A stretch of DNA of 64,000 nt. Origin: an uncultured Planctomycetota bacterium. GTDB lineage: Bacteria > Planctomycetota > PLA2 > JAEUHO01. Shown here piece after piece: positions 49,142 through 58,270 of the stretch (position 1 is its first letter; every line of letters starts with the position of its first letter). Both the position numbers and the translations under genes were made by a program. The DNA lies in assembly GCA_963752285.1 (NCBI GenBank), contig CAVVXN010000005.1:1024001-1088000 (forward strand). Reading direction: 5' to 3'. The notes under the pieces were generated by a model, which saw only the letters and a program-made list of their open reading frames with translations, ran no database searches and was not told the DNA's origin.

Positions 49142-50116
49142 CTAGGCGAGGTCGGCGCGGACGGCCCGCTCCTTCTCGGCCGGGAGCCCCGCCCGGGGGG
49201 GCCGGTCGAGGCTCTTCGCCCAGGCGAGGGTGTCCGTCGCCGTCTCGGCGAGCGGACGGAGTCGAAGACCGCGCGCCGTGGCCCGCGAGAGGTCGAGCGA
49301 GAGCATGCCCGTCGCTTCCGGGGGCACCCAGAGCGGCAGGTCCGTCCACGGCGCGACCTCGTGGCGCGCGAGGACTTCGGTGGGCGCCGGGAGGAGCCGC
49401 GCGCCTCCACCCACGGCGTCGCGGATCTCGCGGAGCAGCGCCCCCAGGGTGAGCGGGGTCGCGGGACCGGACGCGTTGAACGTCCCCCTGACTCTCTCCT
49501 CCGAGCACGTCACCATCCACGCGGCGAGGTCACGGGCGTCGATCAGCTGCACGGGCTGGTCGTCGTCGGGCGGAACGACCACGTCGCCGCCCTCGGCGAG
49601 CCGGCGCGGCCAGTACGTGAACCGGTCGGACGGGTCGTGCGGGCCGACGATCAGGCCCGCGCGTACGATCGTCGCGCGTCCCGGGAAACGCTCGCGTACG
49701 GCCGACTCCGAGAGCGCCTTCAGCGGACCGTACGTCGCGCCGTCGATGGTCTCGACCGTCGGGTCGTCGAGCGTGGCGACGGGATGCGACTCGGGGAGCG
49801 GCGTGGGAAAGGGCTCCCGGTAGACCGACGCCGTGGAGACGAACACGTAGTGCGCCGCGGCGCCCGCGAGGAGTCGCGCGGACGCCCCGACGACGCGCGG
49901 AACGTACCCGCTCGTGTCGATCACGGCGTCGAAGCGCCGTCCCGTGAGCGGCGCGAGGCCCCCGTCGCGGTCGCCCAGGACGTGCTCCGCCTCCGGGAAG
50001 AGGTCCGCGCCGGTCCGCCCCCGGTGGAAGAGCGTGACCTCGTGACCGCGCAGGAGAGCCTCGGCCGCCGCATGCCGGCCGAGGAAGAGAGTCCCGCCCA
50101 GGAAGAGCAACTTCAT
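49142..50116 (-). CDS. NAD-dependent epimerase/dehydratase (atypical SDR)
   Basis: LFLGGTLFLG, FVSTASVY, YGPLK, GLIVGPHD, QLIDARDLA. Confidence 0.92.
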   Translation of the reverse strand: MKLLFLGGTLFLGRHAAAEALLRGHEVTLFHRGRTGADLFPEAEHVLGDRDGGLAPLTGRRFDAVIDTSGYVPRVVGASARLLAGAAAHYVFVSTASVYREPFPTPLPESHPVATLDDPTVETIDGATYGPLKALSESAVRERFPGRATIVRAGLIVGPHDPSDRFTYWPRRLAEGGDVVVPPDDDQPVQLIDARDLAAWMVTCSEERVRGTFNASGPATPLTLGALLREIRDAVGGGARLLPAPTEVLARHEVAPWTDLPLWVPPEATGMLSLDLSRATARGLRLRPLAETATDTLAWAKSLDRPPRAGLPAEKERAVRADLA

Positions 50117-50663
50117 CGTCGAATCCTCGCAGGCCCCCGTCCCTCGCCGTCGGGCAGGCGCGGCTCGGTTCCTTCGCTCACCGCGGGTGTCGCGCGCGCG
50201 AGGAAGAGGAGCGCGGACGAGGTGAACCGTACCCGGCCGTTCAGCGCGTGGGGCGAGAGCGCCTCGCACGACCCGTTGGCGAGCTTGGATCGAGGCGAGG
50301 TGGGGCACCCCCTCCACGTGTTGGCGACTGCCGTTCCGGCGGTCGATGGAGAGGGGCCGCGCGCGACGCGCGAGGGCCCACGTCTCCGACGCGCCGGCGA
50401 GCGTCCCGGGCCCGACGCCGGACGGAGGCGAGGCGGCTACGAAGAACCGTTCGACCCTGCGACCGCGGGTGTGGACGACCACGGCGCGTCCTTCCCGTCG
50501 GGACCCACCCGAGCGAGACGGGCCGTGGGTCGTGAGGGTGTGGGCCGCCGGTGGGCCGGCGGAAGGCCCCTCCCGCGGCGGCGACGGGGAAGTCGCGGGC
50601 GTGCTCGCGCACGGGCCGCACCCGCCCGGCATCGACCCAGGGGCTTCGAGGAACGCCGTCGGC

Positions 50664-52292
50664 TCACCGAGCCGGGTCTCCTCCGTCCGCGCGACCGACG
50701 TGACGGTCCAACGCCGCTCGGAGCGCGGGATGCCCGCGGTAGGTCTCGCAGAGCAGGGCGGCCCAACCCGCCACCGCCGGCGCCGGATCGCACGCGACGA
50801 CGGCCCCGACGAGCTCGGCGGCGGCGTCGTAGTGGCGGCGCCGCTTGTGCCCCGTGACCGCGGCCAGCCGCCGTTCGGCCGCCCCTTGCATCGAGGCGAG
50901 GAGCACCGCCCGGTCCGCGGTGCCCGGCTCGCCCCCGACGCCCGCCAGCAACACCAGATCTCGGAGCGCAGACGCCTCCACGTGCGCCTGGGGGTTCGCT
51001 CGGTCTTGCCCGTAGCTCTCGACGAACCCGTGCAGGTCGTCGGGCGCCGCTTCACGGTCCCGTCCATCTCCCCGAGGCCCGCGCTTCGGGCCGGACCGTC
51101 CCTCGCCCGCGAGGATGGCCCGGAACAGGGGAACGAGCAGCGGGCCGGGATGCTGCTCGGCCGACCAGCCGAGCCCGGGCGCCGTGGCCAGGAGGTTCGC
51201 GGCGGCCGCGAGGTCGCCCGCGAGGACGTGGAGCAACGCGCGTTGACGCTCCTCGTTTGCCGGAGTGGACTCGAGCGCGGCGCGTACGCGCCCCGAGAGC
51301 GGCGTGCTTCCCCCGTCCGAGCCGAGCCAACGGAGGAGCCGGGCCATGGTGGGGTAGCAGCGCCACGCCCGCTCGAGGCGCGCGGACACGTCCGGGCGAC
51401 CGAGCTGCTCCGCCATGCGCGCGGCGCCGTCGAGGAAGTCGGCCCGATCGATCTCGGAGTCGCGCGCGCTCGCGGCCGCCTCCTCGTAGGCGGCCAGCGC
51501 GCCGCTCGTGTCTCCGTCCGCCACGAGGCGCGCACACCAGGCGAGGTAGTCCTGGCGGGCCCCGGACGCGCGCGCGACCTCCAGGAGTCCCTCGGCTCCG
51601 TCGGTCCGTTCGGCGACCTCGCGGAGCCATGCGCCGGGGCCCGCCCAGCCACCCCGCTCTTCGGCGGCAGCCGCCTTCTCGGCGACGACCCGCCAGCTCC
51701 TGAGGAACGTCTCCAGCTCCGGGAGGGGTTCGATCGCCGCCCGCTCCATGTGCCGAAGCGGAGCATGCCGAAACCAGGTCGCCTCGGTGATCTCCGTCGT
51801 CTCGAGCACGGCGCGGGCCCGGTCCTTTGGGGCACTCAGCATGTAGGCGGAGACGGCGTACTGGGCCGCGCAGCCGTCCAGGTCGGAGCTCAGCACGTCC
51901 TCGACCCGCTCCTCCTGCCCCAGGTCGATCTGGGCCTCGCAGAGCGCCTCCAGCACCGCCCGGAAGATGCGATGCGCCGCGGCGTAGTTCCGCCGCAGGA
52001 ATGCGCGCGAAGCCCGGTCGAGGAGTGCGTCCACCTCGGCGGGCGCCGCGTAGCCCACGCGAACGGCCGCCTCGACGAACGCGAGCGCGTCGGACACGTC
52101 CTGGTCGGAGACGGTGGGCGGCGTCCAGCCCGACCCCGCACGTGCCGCGCGCTCGACCAAGCCGCGGACCACCCGCGTACGAGCCCCCACCTCGAGCTCC
52201 GGCAGCAGCTCGCGAACGAGCGCCCGAAGCGCAGGGGCATCGAGGGCGTCGAGCGCACCCTCGATGTCCTCGGCGGTCGGCGTCGGTCCCAT
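50664..52292 (-). CDS. Hypothetical alpha-helical protein
   Basis: Long ORF with typical codon usage; helical Ala/Arg-rich pattern; 'KRRRHYDAAAELV'. Confidence 0.7.
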   Translation of the reverse strand: MGPTPTAEDIEGALDALDAPALRALVRELLPELEVGARTRVVRGLVERAARAGSGWTPPTVSDQDVSDALAFVEAAVRVGYAAPAEVDALLDRASRAFLRRNYAAAHRIFRAVLEALCEAQIDLGQEERVEDVLSSDLDGCAAQYAVSAYMLSAPKDRARAVLETTEITEATWFRHAPLRHMERAAIEPLPELETFLRSWRVVAEKAAAAEERGGWAGPGAWLREVAERTDGAEGLLEVARASGARQDYLAWCARLVADGDTSGALAAYEEAAASARDSEIDRADFLDGAARMAEQLGRPDVSARLERAWRCYPTMARLLRWLGSDGGSTPLSGRVRAALESTPANEERQRALLHVLAGDLAAAANLLATAPGLGWSAEQHPGPLLVPLFRAILAGEGRSGPKRGPRGDGRDREAAPDDLHGFVESYGQDRANPQAHVEASALRDLVLLAGVGGEPGTADRAVLLASMQGAAERRLAAVTGHKRRRHYDAAAELVGAVVACDPAPAVAGWAALLCETYRGHPALRAALDRHVGRADGGDPAR

Positions 52293-52612
52293 CGGTCGGT
52301 GACTCCCGGCGCGCATGACGAGGGCTCCTCTCCCCCCCCCGAGGCCGGGGGCGACCCAGGCCGGGGCGAGGGAGGCAGGTTCCCTCCGGGGACCCCCAGC
52401 GAGGCGCGCGCCCGAGCGCATCCCAGGTCGTGACCGTCACGTCCGGGTTCAGCGCGCGTACCCCGCGGACGGACACAGCCGCGTTCTCTCCGTCGCCGCC
52501 GGCTCGCGCACGGCCTCGGCGTCGCGACGGTCGATCCTCGACGCCAACGGCGTCGGCGCAAAGCGGCCCGAGGCGCGACCGGCACATCGCGGCGGACGGT
52601 AGGATCGTCCGG

Positions 52613-53950
52613 GTGGGCGACCGCTCCTCCCCCCGGATCACGCCGGCCGCACGGCGGATCGACGCCAGCAGGGTCCCGTTCCTGGTCGCCCGACTCTTCT
52701 CCGCCACCCGCAAGGTTCCCGCGGTCGCGGTCACGACGTCGGCCACCACCGGCGAGCCGCATCTCGATCCCGACGCGCTCGCCGCCGACGTGGGCGAGGC
52801 GGCGGAGGTCTACCTGATCCCGACCGGCGAGGCGACGTGGGCGCTCTCCGCCGCGCTCCCGGAGAAGCTCGACGTCTACGGCGGCGCGGTGCGCATCTGG
52901 TGGCCGGGCCTCACGCGCGAGACGAGTCCCTACGACCACCCCCTCCTCTTCGCGCGTTCGCGGGAGGACGGTGAGCAGGGGCGTCGGCGCGTCCTGGCGG
53001 CGATCCGCCCGACGCCGCCCCCCGCACCCGCCCCCTGGAAGCGGGTCGCCGAGGCGTACCAGGTGGGCGACGTCGTGTGGGGTGTCGTGGAGAACCTGAA
53101 GCCTTTCGGGGCGTTCGTCGAGCTCCTGCCGGGCGTCGTGGGTCTGGTCCACAAGAGCGAGCTCGACTGGACCTTCGTGGACGACCCGGCCGACTTCGTG
53201 AGCGCGGGCGAGCAGGTGCGGGTCCAGATCCTGCGCCTGGACCCCGTGGAGAAGCAGGCGGACCTCTCGGTGAAGCGCGCCTGGAACCGCGAGCCGCGCG
53301 CTCCCCTCCCGGCCGAGCCCGGCGGACGCCCGCTGCTCTCCGACGCGCCCCCGCCGCGCCCCGTCCCCGTGCCCAGCGTCGCGACGGCGGCCCTCGACGA
53401 ACTTCAGGCCGAGCTCGAGTCGGTTCGGGAGGACCGTTTGAACCTCCTTCGGCGCATGCGCGAGCTCCAGAAGGAGCTTCGGAGCGCCGGGGACCGCGTC
53501 GCGTACCTGGAGCGGACGGCAAACGTCGATGCGACGGCCTCCGAGACTGCGTTCCTCGTGGGCGTACGCATCGCCTATGCGCGGCAGTTCGGCGAGGACG
53601 AGCGCCGGCGGTACCCCCTCGCGCGCATGCGCGTGGGAGCCGCGTTCCTCGACCGCCTCCGGAACCTCGCGGGCATCGGCACCGAGAAGGTGCTCGAGGT
53701 GTGCGCCCAGGTGGCCGCCGGCCGCGCCCACGAGATTCCGGCGCGCGAGGTCCACCGGCTCCGGCAGGGCGAGGGCGGTACGGGCTACGCGAACCGCAAG
53801 CGCGACGGCGCCGCCGCGTGGCGATGCTCGCTCCAGGACGCGACCCCGGGGGCGCGACGGCTCCACTGGTGGAACGTCCCCGGACCCGACGGCGCGACGA
53901 TCGAGTTCGCGAGCGTGGGAGTCCACGACGACTACGGGATCCCCGATTGA
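52613..53950 (+). CDS. Multi-domain protein: alpha/beta domain, S1 RNA-binding domain, coiled coil, RelE-like C-terminal domain
   Basis: S1 motif YQVGDVVWGVVENLKPFGAFVEL.PGV.GLVHKSEL; heptad region; C-terminal AWRCSL...ARRLHWW...IEFASVGVHD. Start 52613 tentative (ORF open from 52430). Confidence 0.8.
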   Translation: MGDRSSPRITPAARRIDASRVPFLVARLFSATRKVPAVAVTTSATTGEPHLDPDALAADVGEAAEVYLIPTGEATWALSAALPEKLDVYGGAVRIWWPGLTRETSPYDHPLLFARSREDGEQGRRRVLAAIRPTPPPAPAPWKRVAEAYQVGDVVWGVVENLKPFGAFVELLPGVVGLVHKSELDWTFVDDPADFVSAGEQVRVQILRLDPVEKQADLSVKRAWNREPRAPLPAEPGGRPLLSDAPPPRPVPVPSVATAALDELQAELESVREDRLNLLRRMRELQKELRSAGDRVAYLERTANVDATASETAFLVGVRIAYARQFGEDERRRYPLARMRVGAAFLDRLRNLAGIGTEKVLEVCAQVAAGRAHEIPAREVHRLRQGEGGTGYANRKRDGAAAWRCSLQDATPGARRLHWWNVPGPDGATIEFASVGVHDDYGIPD

Positions 53951-54064
53951 GGATCGTCGTGCGCCGCGGGTCGGTCCCTCGACCCACGCCGCCGTCGCGG
54001 AACCGCAGCGGCATCCTGCGCATCGACAAGACGCTCGTGCCCCGCCGTCTCGTTGTGCTCCCCC

Positions 54065-54215
54065 CTCCCCATTGATTTCGCACTGTCGAGCACTCTCTCC
54101 TCTCGACCGGCCCTCGGCTTGCAGTCATCTGCAAGCATGTTCGCGCACGTGCATGCAGAGAGTCCCCGTTCGATTCACACTGTCCCCATTCGCAACTCAC
54201 AGTCGAACACTCTCT
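54065..54215. repeat. Array of 20-bp-period imperfect direct repeats at the accessory-region boundary
   Basis: TCCCC(A/G)TT units at 54066, 54163, 54183; CAC(T/A)GTCGA(G/A)CACTCTCT at 54081 and 54198. Confidence 0.65.
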
Positions 54216-54289
54216 AGTCTCGGCTGACGTGGCCGTGGGCGATTCGACGGCAGGCGCAAGCGTCACGGACGGGGCGGTTGCCGCACGGC

Positions 54290-54479
54290 TCAGGACGCCG
54301 GCGGCGTGGAGGCGCTTGGCGTAGCGGTCGAAGACCTTCTCCGCGACGTCCGAGAGCCACGCGGGGGCCTCGGGCAGCGCGACCTCGGGCTGCGGCTCGG
54401 CGGGGTTGCGCTTCGCGCGCCACGATCCGCGCAGGCGCAGAACCTGCGTCGGCGTCGGGCGGGGGCCGGGCTTGGCCAT
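54290..54479 (-). pseudogene. Phage terminase small subunit (P27-like), N-terminal part only
   Basis: MAKPGPRPTPTQVLRLRGS...PEAPAWLS..AEKVFDR....L.AAGVL; similarity is lost afterwards; GAGAGG RBS. Confidence 0.75.
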
Positions 54480-54865
54480 GGCTCGTTCCTCTCGCCGCCC
54501 ACGCGGCGGGTGCTGGAGGAGCCCGGCGGGGGTGACGCCCCCTTTCTACCCGTGCCCAGGGACGTCCGGACGGCCGGAAGGCGCCCGGCGAACCCGTGGC
54601 GGGGCCGGCCTCCGGGGACGACGTCGGGGGCCGCGGTCGCCAGGTCGTGGACGTCCGCTGCGGCGGCCTGGCCCCGCTCCGCGAGGGGGTCGGCGGCGGC
54701 GCGGAGGAGATCGAGGACGCCCACGGGGACCACGGCGGCGACGGCCTCGCCCCGGCGCGTGACGACGACGTAGGTGCCGTCATCCCGCACGCGGCCGAGG
54801 ACCGACGCCAGGTCGGCTCTGAGGCGATGGACGGGGAGTCTGAGAGGGGGCAGAGCGGGGGTCAT
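54290..54865 (-). CDS. Phd/YefM-type antitoxin-like protein (3' end uncertain)
   Basis: 'LRADLASVLGRV...YVVVTRRGEAVAAVVP' matches the Phd DNA-binding domain pattern. Confidence 0.65.
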   Translation of the reverse strand: MTPALPPLRLPVHRLRADLASVLGRVRDDGTYVVVTRRGEAVAAVVPVGVLDLLRAAADPLAERGQAAAADVHDLATAAPDVVPGGRPRHGFAGRLPAVRTSLGTGRKGASPPPGSSSTRRVGGERNEPWPSPAPARRRRRFCACADRGARSATPPSRSPRSRCPRPPRGSRTSRRRSSTATPSASTPPAS

Positions 54866-54871
54866 GAGAGC

Positions 54872-54885
54872 GAGTTGTACAACTC
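54872..54885. promoter_or_regulatory. Perfect 14-bp palindrome GAGTTGTACAACTC, putative Phd/YefM operator
   Basis: 6 nt upstream of the Phd-like ATG; TGTACA core. Confidence 0.65.
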
Positions 54886-55340
54886 AGAGCCGACAGAATG
54901 GGCCTCCGGGGCCATTTCGCGTTTGCCCCCCGATCCCGTGAAAAAAGAGGCACGCCCACGCGCCCGCTCGGGGGCGCCTCGAGCTCCTAGAGATGGAGGG
55001 CCCCCCCTTCCCTGCCTTCAGCCGAGCGCGCTCGGCCGCTCTCTTCCGGCCGTGGCAGACCGTGCACGTGGGGGCGAGGTTCGACCGCACGAACGCGAGC
55101 TCGCGGGCAACCGCGAGGGGGACGACCTGGTCCACCTGCGTGGCGGGCTCGGTCAGCCCGAGGGCGGCGCACTCGCGGCAGACGGGCTCGTCACGCAGGC
55201 ACCCGGGCCCGGACGGCCTGCCAGCGTGCGGAGCCGCGGATGCGGGCCACGGCCGGGTCGCGGCGGGTGCGGTTGTACACCGCGTCCGCGTGGCGGCGGC
55301 TGCGTAGTATCCCAGCGAGCGTGCGCGGCTTCGTCGGCAT
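54884..55340 (-). pseudogene. Phage packaging-type HNH endonuclease, frameshifted near 55199
   Basis: MPTKPR...SARWQAVRARV | LRDEPVCREC...ATQVDQVVP...SNLAPTCTVCHGRK. Confidence 0.75.
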
Positions 55341-55444
55341 GACGCCTCGGGCTCGCGCCCGCTGGGTTCAGCGCTCCCCAAGGCTACCACGCCCCCTGCG
55401 TCGTCGCTACGCTGACCAGCGGTAGCGACAGGGGGGCGAGAGCA

Positions 55445-57157
55445 ATGCATGCGTGCCGGAGGCTGCTTAGCCTAGTTGCGCTCGGATTGATGTTCGGCTG
55501 CGGCGGCGGGGGGACGAAGCCACCGGTGGATCCCGGCCCCATGCCCGGGCCCTCCATTTCACTGCTGCAGACAAGCGCCGCGCCATTTGACCTGGTGACG
55601 GTGGGTTCCGCCGGGGCGTCGTCCGGGCTAGATGGGACGATTCGACTCTGGGACTCCAGCGGCTACGACACTACGTTGCCGCTCCTTGAGACGGAGCCCG
55701 TGCAGTTTGTCTGCCCCGTGTACGTTAGCCAGCCTTCCGGAGGCATGCCCTCGGGCGACGTGAGCGCCGAAGTCACGATTGGCGGGCAAGACTACAGTGT
55801 AGTGGGGACACTCCACATCGCGGCCCTGCCGACGTCCTCGGCACCCGCGGGGAGTATCGTCAAGGCAGCACTGGAGTCGATGCTGCAGCAGGGGGTGGCT
55901 ACTGGGCGCGAGGATCTGGCGGCACTGCTTGCCCACCTTCCGGGCGCGTCAGTACTCAATGCACCGGACATTCTCGATGCCTACGGGCAGCAGGCCGACT
56001 TCATCCTGTCCAGCTACGCAGCAGTGTCTGCCTTGACCGATGGGGCTGAGATCAGCCAACACCTGGGAAGATATTCTCGAGGCACGACGATGGTCGATGT
56101 GACACTGGACGCTACGGCCCTTCACTACCTGGACGCACTTCTGCTTGCATTTGTGCGGTCCCAGCAGCCCGCGCTGGGCGAACTTCGAAGCGCCTCGCTT
56201 CCTGACGGCGCAGCCCACGATGAAGTGGACGACGTCGCAACGGGCCTAGACTACGCACATAGAATTGAGGATGGGCTTCGCAGCATCGAGACTGCACCCC
56301 TAAAGTGGCTGCTGCGCCGGTCTACGCGGGGTCTGGAGAACTGTTTCTATGCGATACGCAGCAGAGATCCGGCTCACGCCCTGTATCTCCCGGTGAACGA
56401 GGTGCTCGCTCTCGGATGGCTCCAACTATTCAATGTCGCCTCCGAGTATTGGACTGTAGGAGACCGGATCAAGACCTGGGCGACAAACGATCCCGATACC
56501 CTGGCCGAGGTCCAAGGCAACATCGACCGGATTCGCAAACTCGCGCAAGACAACAAGGCAGCGCAAGCGGGAGTTGACGAGCTTAGGGAGGCGTTCGACC
56601 CCGACCTGCCTCCACCCGGTCCCCCTGAGCCCATTCCTTCGAGCTCTGCGTTCCTGCCGTCCTATCTCGACGGGTTGCCCGCACCGGACGGGAGTCCCGC
56701 GATCGATGAGTGGCAGGATGCCGCAGCCGGCGGCCAGATCCAGCCGTATCCTTGGGCCAAGGGCTCGGGTACGTACACTTGGACGGGGTTTCGCAGCCAG
56801 GGGACTGTCGTCGATCCTGGTACTGGCTGCGCCTACCAGTCGGGGTTTTCCGACGAGGTAGTTGAAGTGGCATTCGGGCCGGACGGTAGCGCCACGTGGA
56901 GCTATACTGGCACTTGGGAGAACCGCCCCCTTGGGAGTTGTTCCGATCCCGACTTTGTGGTCCCCCCCCCATCTGGCGTCCCTACTATTCGAACGGGCGA
57001 CAGCGTTTCATTCTACGAGAACGCGGGCGTCAGCTGGGCCTGGTACGCCAATATGCAGTCGATCACGATCTACCCCCCCGGCCCTTCGGGGTCGTCCACG
57101 CAATGGCGCCTCTCGTATCACTATGGCGCCACCGGCGGGAACGAATTATGGAAGTGA
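55445..57157 (+). CDS. Hypothetical lipoprotein with lower GC/atypical codon usage
   Basis: 570 aa ORF, LMFGC lipobox, many A/T-ending codons. Confidence 0.75.
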   Translation: MHACRRLLSLVALGLMFGCGGGGTKPPVDPGPMPGPSISLLQTSAAPFDLVTVGSAGASSGLDGTIRLWDSSGYDTTLPLLETEPVQFVCPVYVSQPSGGMPSGDVSAEVTIGGQDYSVVGTLHIAALPTSSAPAGSIVKAALESMLQQGVATGREDLAALLAHLPGASVLNAPDILDAYGQQADFILSSYAAVSALTDGAEISQHLGRYSRGTTMVDVTLDATALHYLDALLLAFVRSQQPALGELRSASLPDGAAHDEVDDVATGLDYAHRIEDGLRSIETAPLKWLLRRSTRGLENCFYAIRSRDPAHALYLPVNEVLALGWLQLFNVASEYWTVGDRIKTWATNDPDTLAEVQGNIDRIRKLAQDNKAAQAGVDELREAFDPDLPPPGPPEPIPSSSAFLPSYLDGLPAPDGSPAIDEWQDAAAGGQIQPYPWAKGSGTYTWTGFRSQGTVVDPGTGCAYQSGFSDEVVEVAFGPDGSATWSYTGTWENRPLGSCSDPDFVVPPPSGVPTIRTGDSVSFYENAGVSWAWYANMQSITIYPPGPSGSSTQWRLSYHYGATGGNELWK

Positions 57158-57321
57158 ACTGCAGTGCACCATGTCGGCTACCCCACCTCCCCCTCGAACA
57201 GCACCCGCCCGCCCCGGTCGTGCAGCGTAACCCGCACGACCTCCCCCTCCGGGAGCCGCCGGTCTATCCGGATCTGCCGCGCGACCTTCCAGACGCTATG
57301 CGAGCCTCCGTATAGTGTGTG

Positions 57322-57669
57322 CTATGCAGAGATCCGGACTATGCGGAGCAGCTTCTGCGGACCAGCGGCACTCCGGCCCCGGATGCTCGGCCTTTCGACA
57401 GGGCATGTGTCCTTCACTCCGCATAGTCGGCAAGCTCCTGGAGAGGCCTTTCGGGCCGGAAAGGAGCACCTCATGCCCACCCACGGAGTCTGGACTGTCG
57501 AGACGCTCTTCCAGCACTCTGCAGGAGTACCAGCGAAGAACGCGCGGACTGAAGTCCAGAACTGTCTTGTTGTACTGGCACTTCATACGCCTGCTTCTGC
57601 TGCACGTCTTCGGAGAGGATCCGATCGACATCCCGAGACTCTCCGCAAGGGCCGTCCGGGAGCTCGTTG
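57322..57669 (+). mobile_element. Remnant of a RIT-like tyrosine recombinase element: terminal repeats plus truncated, frameshifted integrase N-terminus (from 57473)
   Basis: CTATGCAGAG-ATCCGGA-CTATGCGGAG with an inverted copy CTCCGCATAG at 57417; AAGGAG-ATG; 'EYQRRTRGLKSRTVLLYWHFIRLLL..FGEDPID...L' SAM-like integrase domain. Confidence 0.55.
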
Positions 57670-58270
57670 GTATCCGTCCGGTCAACCCAGGTAGCAGAAC
57701 GTTGGCCCGCGCCGGCCGTCAGCCCGTATCGGGTGCAGCCCGATCGCGGGCCTCCCGCCATCCCCGCGGGGTAAGCTCGTGCATGCGGTCCGCGGGTGCT
57801 GGGCGACCCGGCTGAGGACGTCCGTCAGCCACGCCTTCGGGTCGATCTTCTGCAGTCGGCAGGTGCCGAGCGACCCGTAGAACGTGGCCGCCCACGCACC
57901 GCCACTCTCGCTCCCGCAGAACGTCCAGTTCGACCGGCCCACGGCCACGGCTCGCAATGCGCGCTCCGCCCGGTTGTTGTCGAGCTCGATCGCGCCGTCG
58001 TCGAGGAAGCGCGCGAGCTCGGTCCATTGGTCAGCGCGTAGCCGGTGGCCTTCCCGACCGGGCTCTTGGGAAGGACCTCGGTCTCCATCGCTCCAGGTGC
58101 GCGTGCAGGGTCTTCATGATCGCGACGCTGCGATCCTGGCGGAGCACGTAGCGGAGCGCCACGAGCTCCTCCCGGCTCTCCGTCGCGCTCCAGGCGTCCT
58201 CCTCTACGTCGTAGAGCTGGCGCACGAGCGCGAGCACCAGGAGGCAACGCGCGGGGTCCAGGCCCCGGGC
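57670..58270 (-). mobile_element. IS66-family remnant (3' part of TnpC transposase, frameshifted, with right end)
   Basis: LYDVE, LPKSPVGKATGYA, IELDNNRAERALRAVAVGRSNWTFCGS, IDPKAWLTDVL; end ...GGACGGATAC at 57670. Confidence 0.85.

Noticed and set aside
54157..54180. GTTCGATTC resembling a tRNA T-loop or attB fragment
   Set aside because: No T-stem pairing, cloverleaf or CCA end around it.
54065..54215. Possible mini-CRISPR array
   Set aside because: Repeats are degenerate with a 20-bp period and no regular unique spacers; no cas genes in the window.
55269..55283. Second TGTACA near-palindrome
   Set aside because: Imperfect and inside HNH coding sequence (VYN codons).
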